Positions 28,139 through 37,275 of a stretch of DNA of 64,000 nt are shown in pieces (the first letter of the stretch is position 1; each line of letters starts with the position of its first letter). The DNA is from Bacilli bacterium. GTDB lineage: Bacteria > Bacillota_I > Bacilli_A > ML615J-28 > CAG-698. Made by a program: the position numbers and the translations under genes. A model generated the notes under the pieces. It saw nothing but the letters and a program-made list of their open reading frames with translations. It did not search any database and was not told the origin of the DNA. The stretch is from NCBI GenBank assembly GCA_050953045.1, contig JBMNLY010000003.1, positions 42,340 to 106,339 of the forward strand. Reading direction: 5' to 3'.

Positions 28139-29887
28139 TTAGCGGGCTTTAAAAACAAATGTTATTTCAACGGTTCTGATTTCCGATAATTTTTCCGGAT
28201 CAATGATGACTGGCGTTGCATAGTTTTGTAAGCGTGGATTAAGAACTCTGGCATCTTCCGGAACTTTTGTAACCCAAACGTTATAAATATTTACTCTGGT
28301 TGTGTTTTGATCATCGCTTGTTGTGTAATAGATTTTGTTTTTAATGTCATAGATTTCATCATTGAATTTCAATTCTTTAATTTCAATAATGTGATCGGGG
28401 TAAAATTTTTCACCGTTATAAATTGCGAGTGCCATAAAGCCGACTGAATTGGCAGAGCCGGCACCGCTTCCGGTGAAATCTAAGGCTACTGTAAACTCAC
28501 CAACTGCTTCAATAGTCACATCTGTTCCAGTAACTCCGTCGGTTCGGCTTCTCGGTTTATATTCGTCGCCGACGCTATAATTAATACCCCAGTCTGAGCT
28601 TGCGAACATAATCCAAGCGATTGCTTTGTTTTTAAAATCTGCATAACCGGAATCGATATCTCTTTGCTGGGCTGCTGCGAGTGCTTCGTCAAGTGAAGCT
28701 TGAGCCGCATTTTTCACTTCTTCTTTGCTTATATCTTTTTGGACCGCATAACTTCTCGAAGCAAACAGTTCCGCAAATTCTTCGTCATACATTTCTAAAT
28801 CTTTTCTGATAAAGAAAGTGCTGGTATCCCATAAAACCGGGACATAACCGTATAAATCACAGTTATCGAGTAAGTTTTTAGTATAATCGATAATATTGCT
28901 TTTTATTTTATCGTCAGGTGTCGGTAAGACACCATATTCACCGATGATTATACCATATCCTGCTTCAATAAATTTCTCTAATGAGGCAAATTTTTCATTT
29001 TGGTAAACAAAATCATCTTCTGTTCCCCAGGTCGAAACACTTTGGAGTGTATAATCAGAGGGGTCATAATAATGAACTGATAAGAGGAGTTTAGCTTCGG
29101 CCGTATCTGTCGGCATTTGGAAACGTTCGTCTAAAGTTCTATTGATATCCGTATTGTATCCGGCAATCAGTAAGAATCTGTCCGAGTTTTTGCTGCCGAG
29201 ATTTCTGATGGTGTCAACAAATAATTGATTAATCCGATTGGTTTCCGAATAGGTTTCATCATCGGTTAAAACCCCGGGCACGCCGTCGATTTCATCGTTA
29301 AGTCTTAAGCCTAATTCTTCGTTCGCAGATTCAAAAATTAACCGATAGGAATAATCTTTAAAATGATTACCGATTTGAGTCCACATTGAGATATATAAGT
29401 CATTCGCAACTTTGCGGAGGTTTTGGTCGCTCGAACCAAACATTCCCCACCAACCGCCCGACCAATGTTCGTTGATAATAACAAACATATCTTCTTCTAA
29501 GGCATAATCGGTTATTTCCGCAACTCTCTTTAAATAAGCGGGATTAATATCATAGTTTCCGTTTTTATAATCGATGGTATTAGTCCAAGCAACGGGGATT
29601 CTCAAAGTATCAAAACCCGCTTCTTTCATTCCTTTGATCATTTCTTTTGTTGTAACAGGTTGTCCCCAAGCCGTCTCATACTGAGAAACATCGCCGGTGA
29701 TTCCGACGGTAGCGCGGCCGTATGCTTCCATCGTGTTTCCTAAATTTATACCGTTACCCATTAATTCGGTAACTTCAAGTGAAGTCATTTCTTTTAAAGT
29801 TTTTTCAATATCATCTTCTTTTTCGATACAACCGACAAAGAAAATCGAAAATAAGAATACTAACAAAAAACTTGTTATTTTTTTCAT
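28139..29887 (-). CDS. Secreted lipoprotein GH5 endo-beta-1,4-glucanase (candidate xyloglucanase) with a C-terminal ~165-aa module shared with the 763-aa surface protein
   Basis: Lipobox FFVGC is present, with GH5 motifs GINLGNTMEA, LRIPVAW, IFESANEE and GEYG. The C-terminal ~165 aa match the repeats of ORF 34741-37032. Confidence 0.8.
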   Translation of the reverse strand: MKKITSFLLVFLFSIFFVGCIEKEDDIEKTLKEMTSLEVTELMGNGINLGNTMEAYGRATVGITGDVSQYETAWGQPVTTKEMIKGMKEAGFDTLRIPVAWTNTIDYKNGNYDINPAYLKRVAEITDYALEEDMFVIINEHWSGGWWGMFGSSDQNLRKVANDLYISMWTQIGNHFKDYSYRLIFESANEELGLRLNDEIDGVPGVLTDDETYSETNRINQLFVDTIRNLGSKNSDRFLLIAGYNTDINRTLDERFQMPTDTAEAKLLLSVHYYDPSDYTLQSVSTWGTEDDFVYQNEKFASLEKFIEAGYGIIIGEYGVLPTPDDKIKSNIIDYTKNLLDNCDLYGYVPVLWDTSTFFIRKDLEMYDEEFAELFASRSYAVQKDISKEEVKNAAQASLDEALAAAQQRDIDSGYADFKNKAIAWIMFASSDWGINYSVGDEYKPRSRTDGVTGTDVTIEAVGEFTVALDFTGSGAGSANSVGFMALAIYNGEKFYPDHIIEIKELKFNDEIYDIKNKIYYTTSDDQNTTRVNIYNVWVTKVPEDARVLNPRLQNYATPVIIDPEKLSEIRTVEITFVFKAR

Positions 29888-29949
29888 ACTAAGTCCTTCC
29901 TCAAATTATTTTTAAAAAGGCAGTATAAATACTACCTTATTATAATTGT

Positions 29950-30570
29950 CTATCCTGACAAGTTCTCCTTTTCAATTTCATTAAAGATTCTTCTGGAAAA
30001 ACCGCTGATGGTATAGAAGATCGTTGCCGGCCCGATTAAAAGGCCGACAAAGTATAAGGTTTCAGTGAAAAGGAACAAAACATTTATGAAGGCAACCAAA
30101 ATCCAGAGGAGGATTGTCCGCAAGAAATACTTATAAGTAATTTCTCTCGAAAGCTTAAAGCTCCGCATAATCGAGTTATCATATCTGGCAAGCAAAGGAT
30201 AGACATAAGTAAAATTAGCCAAGCCGATAAATAGAATCACGATTCCTGCGATTAAAAAGATGATCGGGTTGCCTTCCAGTTTATTAAAAAATTCAAAATT
30301 CAGATAGCAGGAATAAGCCACTGCAAGCGTTATTAACCCTATAATTAGACCTTGTTTAAAGTTTTGTTTAAAAGATTTAAAAAATTGACTGAAGATTTTG
30401 CCTTCTTCATTCGCGGCCATTTTTAAAGTTACGCTGAAAGCAGCAATAGTTGAAGGGCCGATGGTAACAATCGGCAAACTAAAAATTACCCAAATAAAAT
30501 TAAGCTTCAGAACAGTCCAAAGGGTATCCATAAATTTATATAATCTACTATTGATACCAAAAAACTTCAT
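29950..30570 (-). CDS. DUF624/YesL-family membrane protein
   Basis: 206 aa with multiple TM segments. The N-terminus (YKFMDTLWTVLKLNFIWVIFSLPIVTIGPS) is typical of YesL proteins found in sugar ABC operons. Confidence 0.7.
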   Translation of the reverse strand: MKFFGINSRLYKFMDTLWTVLKLNFIWVIFSLPIVTIGPSTIAAFSVTLKMAANEEGKIFSQFFKSFKQNFKQGLIIGLITLAVAYSCYLNFEFFNKLEGNPIIFLIAGIVILFIGLANFTYVYPLLARYDNSIMRSFKLSREITYKYFLRTILLWILVAFINVLFLFTETLYFVGLLIGPATIFYTISGFSRRIFNEIEKENLSG

Positions 30571-30610
30571 TAATTCCTCCTGCTAAATTTATTTGGGTAA
30601 TGCTTTTAAA

Positions 30611-32278
30611 TTAGTTTTCCTTAACTGCTTGTTCTAAGGAATATCTAAGTTGCGCTTGTTCTTGAGCCCAAGCCAAACATTCATCATAACCATAATCCCG
30701 AGCATTATTCCGCATCTGACGGACGAGAATATTGTATTCCCCGGCAGTTTTCGCATACATTGCTCGCCAAGAAAGAGTTTTGATTGTTTCAGTTACTTGT
30801 TCCCACTTGACTTTCAGTTCAGAACTTCTGATACCAATCGAATAACTTGATCCCGGTGAAACTCGGTAATTAGTTTTCTCCATATAATCTTGGGGATTGA
30901 TGCTGTCAGTAAATTCGCGCCATTTTGCTTCCGTATCATTCCGTGGATCGATTTGGTTGCTCTTCCAAAAATCCCAATGGAATCTTTCGCCGTTAGAATC
31001 GGGGTTAATCGCATCTAAGGACCAAGTTGTATTGTTGATTTGGAAAGCACCATCTCTAAATGTTCCGTAAAATCCGGTTTCTTCCGGGAAAGTAGTGTCT
31101 TGGTTATCGCGCATAGTTCTTCCTAATTCGGTGAAGTGCGTGTTGCGTTCTTCGTCATAATCCCAAGTAATGCCTTTGGGGCCATATTCTGAGATCATTC
31201 TGCCTTCAGGCGTACATAACCAGTTAATTATTTCCATGCATAATTCCGGATATTGGGTTTTGGCACCGATGGACCAAATCCGATTGCCGCCTAAGACATT
31301 CATCCCATAAACGATCGGCCGGGCAGCTTGCGGAGTTAAGGGGAGCATCATTTTGCCTTGTTCAATATTTTCCGGAGTATTGAAAGCAATTGAGCCGGCA
31401 TAGTTGAATATCGAGAAGAAGGTTCCGCCGTTTTTCACCTTCGAAATCATATTATCAAAGGTATTGCTCATTGAGTCGGGGTCTAATAAGTTCGCCCGAT
31501 ATAATTTATTAAAGAAAGCGAGCATTTCCAGATAAGGACTGTTTTCATCCAAAGCTCCGTAATAATTGCCTGTATCGGGATCATATAAACCGATTCCCAA
31601 TTCATCATAACCATAGTATGCCGTCGCCATCGCTTTTACATACATTACCATATCTCCGTCCCAATCGGGCCATAAGGAAACAGCATAGGTTGGATTGCCG
31701 ATGTCATCGACGGGCTCGATTTCTTTCATCGCGACCAAGAGATTGTAATAATCATCTAAGTTATTTATTTCAGGACGACCAAGCTCATCATATAAATCCC
31801 ATCTGATATCCCAAGTATAGAAAAAGGATTCATGGTCTTCGGATGACATGGCGACATTATGACCGAACCCATAGACGGTGCCGCCTGAGAGGTTCCGATT
31901 TTTTTCCAGTGCCAAAGCCATATTTTCTTTAATATAGGGGCCGAATTCATCCAACAATCCGTCTTCTTCCCAATCGAATAATAATCCGGCCTTGACGGCA
32001 TTCAAATATTGTTCACCGTCTCCGCCCCAAACAACGATGTCACCTAAGTTCCCGGATTCCATTCGGGTATCATAGACACCTTCCGTATCCGGAATAATCG
32101 TCATTTCAACATTAAATTTTTCTTTCATGATTTGTGCAAACCAACCGGTCATTTTTCCGGAATAGTTAGCTAATTGGCTATAAACAGTCAGCTGAATGGT
32201 GTCATCACCATTACATCCGACTAATCCGAAAAACATTGATGCCAATAAAACTAAGATCAGCATTTTTCTGTATTTCAT
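30611..32278 (-). CDS. Extracellular solute-binding lipoprotein, LplA-type large SBP of a carbohydrate ABC importer
   Basis: Start at ATG 32278 after AAAGGAGAG. It has lipobox LVGC and is about 555 aa, as in LplA/YtcQ-type oligosaccharide binders. Confidence 0.8.
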   Translation of the reverse strand: MKYRKMLILVLLASMFFGLVGCNGDDTIQLTVYSQLANYSGKMTGWFAQIMKEKFNVEMTIIPDTEGVYDTRMESGNLGDIVVWGGDGEQYLNAVKAGLLFDWEEDGLLDEFGPYIKENMALALEKNRNLSGGTVYGFGHNVAMSSEDHESFFYTWDIRWDLYDELGRPEINNLDDYYNLLVAMKEIEPVDDIGNPTYAVSLWPDWDGDMVMYVKAMATAYYGYDELGIGLYDPDTGNYYGALDENSPYLEMLAFFNKLYRANLLDPDSMSNTFDNMISKVKNGGTFFSIFNYAGSIAFNTPENIEQGKMMLPLTPQAARPIVYGMNVLGGNRIWSIGAKTQYPELCMEIINWLCTPEGRMISEYGPKGITWDYDEERNTHFTELGRTMRDNQDTTFPEETGFYGTFRDGAFQINNTTWSLDAINPDSNGERFHWDFWKSNQIDPRNDTEAKWREFTDSINPQDYMEKTNYRVSPGSSYSIGIRSSELKVKWEQVTETIKTLSWRAMYAKTAGEYNILVRQMRNNARDYGYDECLAWAQEQAQLRYSLEQAVKEN

Positions 32279-32303
32279 TTTGTTCTCTCCTTTCGGAATT
32301 AAA

Positions 32304-33209
32304 TTATCCTTTAACCGCACCTAGCATTATCCCTTTTTGGAAATATTTCTGCATAAAGGGGTAAACTGCTAAAATGGGTATTATTGTTACCATCGAAATA
32401 GTATATTTTAACACTTTGCTGTTCAAGGCATGTTGAACGGCAGAAGCTGGTGATGACTGAATGATTTGTTCCAAATTGCTTGCGGTGGTTAAATAAACAT
32501 ATAACCGGTGTTGCAAGGTATATAAATTTGGAGCATTTTGCATTAAAATTATCGAATCAATAAAGGAATTCCAATGACCAACCGCTCCGAAGATGGCAAT
32601 TGTTGCTAAGATAGGTTTACTTAAAGGTAAAATGATTGAGGTAAATACCTTAAAGTAACCGGCGCCATCAATAAAGGCACTTTCTTCCAATTCTGAAGGA
32701 ATTGATTCAATATAGGTTTTAACTAAAATGATATTAAACGGAGCAATAATGCTGGGAATAATATAACCTAAGAAATTATTGGTTAACCCGAGCATTGAGA
32801 TATTTAAATACCAGGGAATTAAACCGGCATTAAAGTACATCGTAATGATTAAAAATCTGTACATAAACTTGCGGCTTTTCATTTCTTTCTTAGTAACTAA
32901 GTAACCGATGAAAGCCGAGGCAAGCACCATTAAGGCTGTTCCAAGCACTGATCTTGCAGTTGTTACAACAAATGATTTGGTTAAATCATTGACTGTTCTT
33001 AAGGCAATATAGTTTTTTACATGAATCCCCTGCGGTAAGAAGTTAATAACCCCGCGGGCAACCAATTCATTATCCGAGATTGTATTGATGAATAGATAAT
33101 AAAACGGGAAAATACAGGCCAAAGTAAACAAGATAAATCCGAAATGATTAAAGATATCAAATATGGAACCGAATACAGATATTTCTTTATAAACTTTCTT
33201 TCTTGCCAT
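32304..33209 (-). CDS. Carbohydrate ABC transporter permease (LplC-type)
   Basis: It has six TM segments and the EAA-like loop IESIPSELEESAFIDGAGYFKVF. Confidence 0.85.
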   Translation of the reverse strand: MARKKVYKEISVFGSIFDIFNHFGFILFTLACIFPFYYLFINTISDNELVARGVINFLPQGIHVKNYIALRTVNDLTKSFVVTTARSVLGTALMVLASAFIGYLVTKKEMKSRKFMYRFLIITMYFNAGLIPWYLNISMLGLTNNFLGYIIPSIIAPFNIILVKTYIESIPSELEESAFIDGAGYFKVFTSIILPLSKPILATIAIFGAVGHWNSFIDSIILMQNAPNLYTLQHRLYVYLTTASNLEQIIQSSPASAVQHALNSKVLKYTISMVTIIPILAVYPFMQKYFQKGIMLGAVKG

Positions 33210-33217
33210 GTTTCCCC

Positions 33218-34660
33218 CTAGAAGATACTCTCTTTCCGAACAACTTTGGATAATTTGTTAACAGAAAACAGCAGGGTAATACTGATTAATGATTTCGCCA
33301 TTCCCACAACTGTTGAAAGAGGTATGTTTCCGGAATCTAAACCTAATTTATATACATATAAATCTAGAACAGTAATTTTCAATGTGTTTGTTGCATTTTC
33401 GAAAACCAGATACTGTTCCATTCCGTTGCTTAAGATTGATGCAACCGATAAAGTTAACAAAACAAAATAAGTCGGCAGTAAGGATGGGATCGTAATATAA
33501 AGCATTTTTTGGAAACGATTTGCACCATCAATGTCTGCGGCTTCATACATTACGGGGTCAATGCTGGAGATTGCAGCAACATAAATAATTGCGCTCCAAC
33601 CTAAACCTTTCCAGGTTCCGACAGCCCACATCTTCAACCAAATTAGTTTATCGCTGTTCAAATAATTGATTGCAAGTTCTACCCCAAATGTATTTGAGAT
33701 AAACTTATTGATGAAACCGTCGGTTGAAAAGATTGCTAAGGCTAGAGAATAAACCATAACCCAACTGATAAAATTAGGGATCGTTGTAAATGATTGTACA
33801 AAACGCTTAACCTTATTGCTGGTGATTTCCGCCAAAAAGATTGCAAAGATCATCGGGAGCCAACTGGTAATCAAACCGAGTCCGCTCATTACCAAGGTAT
33901 TTCTTAAGACCCGGATAATATCGTTGCGGGTGGCAGGATTTCTGAATAAGAATGTAAACCATTTAAAACCGACAAAATTATCCATACTTAAGGTTTCGCC
34001 GGGACTGTAATCAAAGAAGGCATAACGCCAACCCCATAATGGTAAATATGAAAACACAAAAATTAATGCTGCAAATGGTAAATACATTAACAACAATTGG
34101 TAGGGCCGTTCCATTTCATAACCTTCTTCTTTTGCTGCTTTGGGGGTTATGATTAATAAGACAATCGATAAGATTAAACAAATAACTCCAAAAGCTAAAA
34201 AGAAATAAATCGAAGAAGGCAAGCTCGGCTCGACTCTAACCGGATGATTGGTTTTACTAATCCCATTATAAGCAATAAAAATTCCGCTTAATCCTAATAT
34301 AGCTACGCCGCTACCTAATAAAGTTAATCTATTAGAAAGATTCTTAAATTTATTATTACCGATTAAGAAGCTAGCACCGACCACGGTTGTTAAGATACCG
34401 AGGACACTTACTAAGCTTGAAATATAGAGGATAACAAAATCGCCTTTGCTGACCCAAGAATTTCGAATCGCTCTGATTGCTTCACTGGTTAACCTGGAAT
34501 AAGAAACTGCCGAAGTGAAAAACGACATTGTTTTATTAATTAAAATTGTGACTCGAGCAGGATTAATCGTCGGAACAAATAATAATACTGTAAGTGTCGC
34601 AGCCACAATAATAATTATTATTTCAAGTGTATTAAGTTTTCTTTGCTTTGCTTTTGTCAT
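33218..34660 (-). CDS. Carbohydrate ABC transporter permease (LplB-type) with a ~190-aa N-terminal membrane extension
   Basis: The canonical permease begins near ERPYQLLLMYLPFAALIFVFSYLPLWGW. The EAA loop is YEAADIDGANRFQKM. The preceding ~190 aa contain about four additional hydrophobic helices. Confidence 0.8.
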   Translation of the reverse strand: MTKAKQRKLNTLEIIIIIVAATLTVLLFVPTINPARVTILINKTMSFFTSAVSYSRLTSEAIRAIRNSWVSKGDFVILYISSLVSVLGILTTVVGASFLIGNNKFKNLSNRLTLLGSGVAILGLSGIFIAYNGISKTNHPVRVEPSLPSSIYFFLAFGVICLILSIVLLIITPKAAKEEGYEMERPYQLLLMYLPFAALIFVFSYLPLWGWRYAFFDYSPGETLSMDNFVGFKWFTFLFRNPATRNDIIRVLRNTLVMSGLGLITSWLPMIFAIFLAEITSNKVKRFVQSFTTIPNFISWVMVYSLALAIFSTDGFINKFISNTFGVELAINYLNSDKLIWLKMWAVGTWKGLGWSAIIYVAAISSIDPVMYEAADIDGANRFQKMLYITIPSLLPTYFVLLTLSVASILSNGMEQYLVFENATNTLKITVLDLYVYKLGLDSGNIPLSTVVGMAKSLISITLLFSVNKLSKVVRKESIF

Positions 34661-34673
34661 TTTTTACTCCTTC

Positions 34674-34739
34674 AAAAAACTTGTGAGCAGTATGAGAAGG
34701 AAGTCCTTCTCATACTACTACCTATTATACAAGTTTTTT
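34674..34739 (-). promoter_or_regulatory. Nested intercistronic stem-loop between the surface-protein gene and the permease genes
   Basis: The outer stem is AAAAAACTTGT/ACAAGTTTTTT (11 bp). It encloses the inner hairpin GTATGAGAAGG-aagt-CCTTCTCATAC (11 bp). Confidence 0.65.
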
Positions 34740-34740
34740 A

Positions 34741-37032
34741 TTATTTTTTCTTGATAACTATAAAGTAAACAACCGCACCGACACCAACTAGAGCAACTAC
34801 GCCTAAAGAAATCCAGAGCCAGAGCCAATCTTTATCATCAACATCACTCGGATCTTCGCCGTTCGGATCTTCACCGTTCGGATCTTCACCATTCGGGTCT
34901 TCGCCGTTCGGGTCTTCACCGTTCGGATCTTCGCTGTCAATGCCTGTACCTTCTAAAGTAAATTCAACTTTAATTTCACTTTCAGGTTCCAGTAATTCCG
35001 GATTAACAACCGGTTTATCGGCTGTACCTGATCCCCAAATATTATAGAGTTCTAAGCGGAGACGACCATTTCCTTCAATGTCGCCAACAATAATATTGGA
35101 ATTATTAACTTGAACTTCAACACCGTCTACAAATACTTTTACAGTAACTTTCAAATCAGTATCAGTTAAGCCACCAGCAGCTGCTTCTTTTAAAGTTCCA
35201 AGATGGACCATTGCTTCGCCCAAATCAACAATATCAATTAAGAATACTTGAGCGGTTTTGGCTTTTTCTGTCCAACCGAAATCTGCGGCTTTGATATAAA
35301 CTGTATAAGTTCCATCACCGGTAACAAGAGCATCGCCCGCATATTCGCCGTCGGTTGTATATCTTTCCCAACCACCTTCTTCTGACGAATACATCATGAA
35401 CGCGCGGAATGATTCCGGCATTTCATAAGGAGGCACAATTATCGGTGCTCCGACTGTAATTGTAAAGGTAATTTCAATTGTCTCGATATTTTCAAATGCT
35501 GGAGTGTCTTCACTCTTATAGAGAGGTTTTGCTGAAGCTTGAGCAAGAGTTTGATGTGCTGCTACGCGGCCTTCACTAATTTCTTCAACCCAAATGTTGT
35601 AAAAATTCAGTCTTGTTTGTTTACCTTCAGCATTAACATAGTGTACGCCTAAATCAACTTCCACACCGTTGATCTTGAAGGAATCAATACGAATATAGCT
35701 ATAGGGGAAGTAATCTTCACCTTTACCAATTTCTAAACCTAAGAAGCCAACATTCGGTAAAACGCCGCCTTCAACGCCTGTGAAGTCAATTGCGGCTGTA
35801 TATTGACCATAGCCTTTAATGACAGGATTAGTAACAACAATTCCTGCAGTATTAGCGTCATCGCCTTCGCCCCAATATTGAACTTCAAAATCCTCATCAG
35901 CTGCAACAAAGTAACCTTTAGTGCCTTCTTCCGGTAATTCAACAGATTCTTCAGGAATCGGATTGATCGGTGCACCATGTTCGAGACTGAATGTTACTTC
36001 AATTGTTTCGATTTGTTCTGTTTCATCATATTGGCCAACCGGAATCGCCGTGATTTCTTCTGTTAAGAGTCCTTCGAAAGTACGACCTTCGTTAATTTCA
36101 GCAACCCACTCATTATAGAGGTTAACTCTGGAATCATTTTTATTATCAGAGGTTGTATAGTGTTCGCCTAATTCAACTTCTTCACCATTAATCAAGACTT
36201 CTTTTACAACCATTAAGTTTGTCGGGAATTTATGTTCGCCGTTTAAAATTTCCACATCTAGGAAAGCAATTCCGGCTCCAAACCCATTTTCGGTTCCTGT
36301 GAAGTCTAAGGAAACAGTGTAATCAGTGAAATATTGACTTACGTCTACTGTTTCAACAACAACACCTTCAAATTCACTGCCGTTATACCAATATTGAACT
36401 CCCCAATCTTTAGAAGCATATTGGAGATAAGCTTTCGAAACCAAAGATGCCGGATCTTTTAAATCAAATTTAATACCCGCACCAATTGTAAATGTGATTT
36501 CAATTGTTTCAATATCAGTCATTTCAGCAACATTTACCGGATTAGGTGTAACTGCTGCAGTACCAGTAAGTGATCTACCACTTTCAGCAACCTTAGCCCA
36601 AGGATTTGTTAAGTTAACTCTGGTATCATTGTTTTCAGCAGTAGTATAAGTTGCACCCACATTATTTAATGTTTCGCCATTAACTTTGATTTCGTTAATA
36701 ATGATGTGGTCTTCGGAAAACTCTTGTTCGCCGTTTTTAATATCCACAGCCCAGAAGAAAATGTCAGATAAGACACCTGCTTCAGTGCCGGTAAAATCTA
36801 AGCCGACAGTATACTGTCCGCGACCTGTAACTTCAGCGGTTGTTGAAACAACACCTTCGGTATTGTTATCTGCGCCATAGAAATATTGGACGCTCCAATC
36901 TTCATTGCTAATACCGATAAAAGCAACCATGTCTTCGTCTGCTGCTTTTACATTAGCACTGAAAACACAAATACTAAATACCGCAACTAAAACAAACATT
37001 ACGGTGTTTAATAGTTTTTTGTAAAGTCTCAT
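34741..37032 (-). CDS. Cell-surface protein with four ~165-170-aa repeats of an unassigned (candidate carbohydrate-binding) module, a (DPNGE)n linker and a C-terminal TM anchor
   Basis: It has a signal peptide (VFSANVKA). Recurring blocks are YTV.LDFTG..G, NGE..F., (I/V)NGEEV, YTT..N..RVNLYN.WV and IETIE(I/V)TF. The tail is DPNGE x5 followed by WLWLWISLGVVALVGVGAVVYFIVIKKK. Confidence 0.75.
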   Translation of the reverse strand: MRLYKKLLNTVMFVLVAVFSICVFSANVKAADEDMVAFIGISNEDWSVQYFYGADNNTEGVVSTTAEVTGRGQYTVGLDFTGTEAGVLSDIFFWAVDIKNGEQEFSEDHIIINEIKVNGETLNNVGATYTTAENNDTRVNLTNPWAKVAESGRSLTGTAAVTPNPVNVAEMTDIETIEITFTIGAGIKFDLKDPASLVSKAYLQYASKDWGVQYWYNGSEFEGVVVETVDVSQYFTDYTVSLDFTGTENGFGAGIAFLDVEILNGEHKFPTNLMVVKEVLINGEEVELGEHYTTSDNKNDSRVNLYNEWVAEINEGRTFEGLLTEEITAIPVGQYDETEQIETIEVTFSLEHGAPINPIPEESVELPEEGTKGYFVAADEDFEVQYWGEGDDANTAGIVVTNPVIKGYGQYTAAIDFTGVEGGVLPNVGFLGLEIGKGEDYFPYSYIRIDSFKINGVEVDLGVHYVNAEGKQTRLNFYNIWVEEISEGRVAAHQTLAQASAKPLYKSEDTPAFENIETIEITFTITVGAPIIVPPYEMPESFRAFMMYSSEEGGWERYTTDGEYAGDALVTGDGTYTVYIKAADFGWTEKAKTAQVFLIDIVDLGEAMVHLGTLKEAAAGGLTDTDLKVTVKVFVDGVEVQVNNSNIIVGDIEGNGRLRLELYNIWGSGTADKPVVNPELLEPESEIKVEFTLEGTGIDSEDPNGEDPNGEDPNGEDPNGEDPNGEDPSDVDDKDWLWLWISLGVVALVGVGAVVYFIVIKKK
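34848..34934 (-). repeat. 15-bp tandem coding repeat (about 5.5 units) encoding (DPNGE)n
   Basis: Units of tcggatcttc(g/a)ccgt repeat head to tail. Confidence 0.9.
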
Positions 37033-37107
37033 AACTCCTCCTATTTATTTATGTTTATATCTTTTTAGTAAACGTTTTCTTGATATTTTTTAAAAAATAA
37101 TAATCAT

Positions 37108-37157
37108 TGTGCTCGTGCACAAGCTTCTATATTATCACTAAAACAGAGGGCTGTCAA
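37108..37157 (-). promoter_or_regulatory. Promoter-operator module P1 of the polysaccharide-utilisation operon
   Basis: The minus strand reads TTGACA-17 nt-TAATAT-7 nt-TGTGCACGAGCACA. The last element is a 14-bp LacI-type palindrome with a central CG. Confidence 0.75.
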
Positions 37158-37196
37158 TTGTTAATATTTAGCGTTTTCATGACTATTTTTATAGTC

Positions 37197-37246
37197 TGTG
37201 CTCGTGCACACCCGCTTATGATAACATTAAAATGCTATGCTGTCAA
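37197..37246 (-). promoter_or_regulatory. Promoter-operator module P2 (tandem, 89 bp upstream of P1)
   Basis: The minus strand reads TTGACA-17 nt-TATCAT-7 nt-TGTGCACGAGCACA, with the same geometry as P1. Confidence 0.7.
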
Positions 37247-37275
37247 TAGCAAATAATTTCAGGAAATAAGGAATC

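Noticed and set aside
29888-29949. A possible internal terminator and promoter between DUF624 and GH5 (AAGGTAGTATttATACTGCCTTTTT on the minus strand) that would split the long operon.
   Set aside because: The stem is short, has a mismatch and overlaps a plausible RBS region. I cannot decide from the sequence alone, so I keep the operon as a single unit pending transcript data.
34848-34934. Short regularly spaced repeats that might suggest a CRISPR-like array. The same applies to 8004-8057.
   Set aside because: The units are 15 and 27 bp, abut without spacers, and lie in frame inside coding sequence, where they encode DPNGE and DPEEPVEPE linkers. I saw no cas genes or spacer-repeat architecture anywhere in the window.
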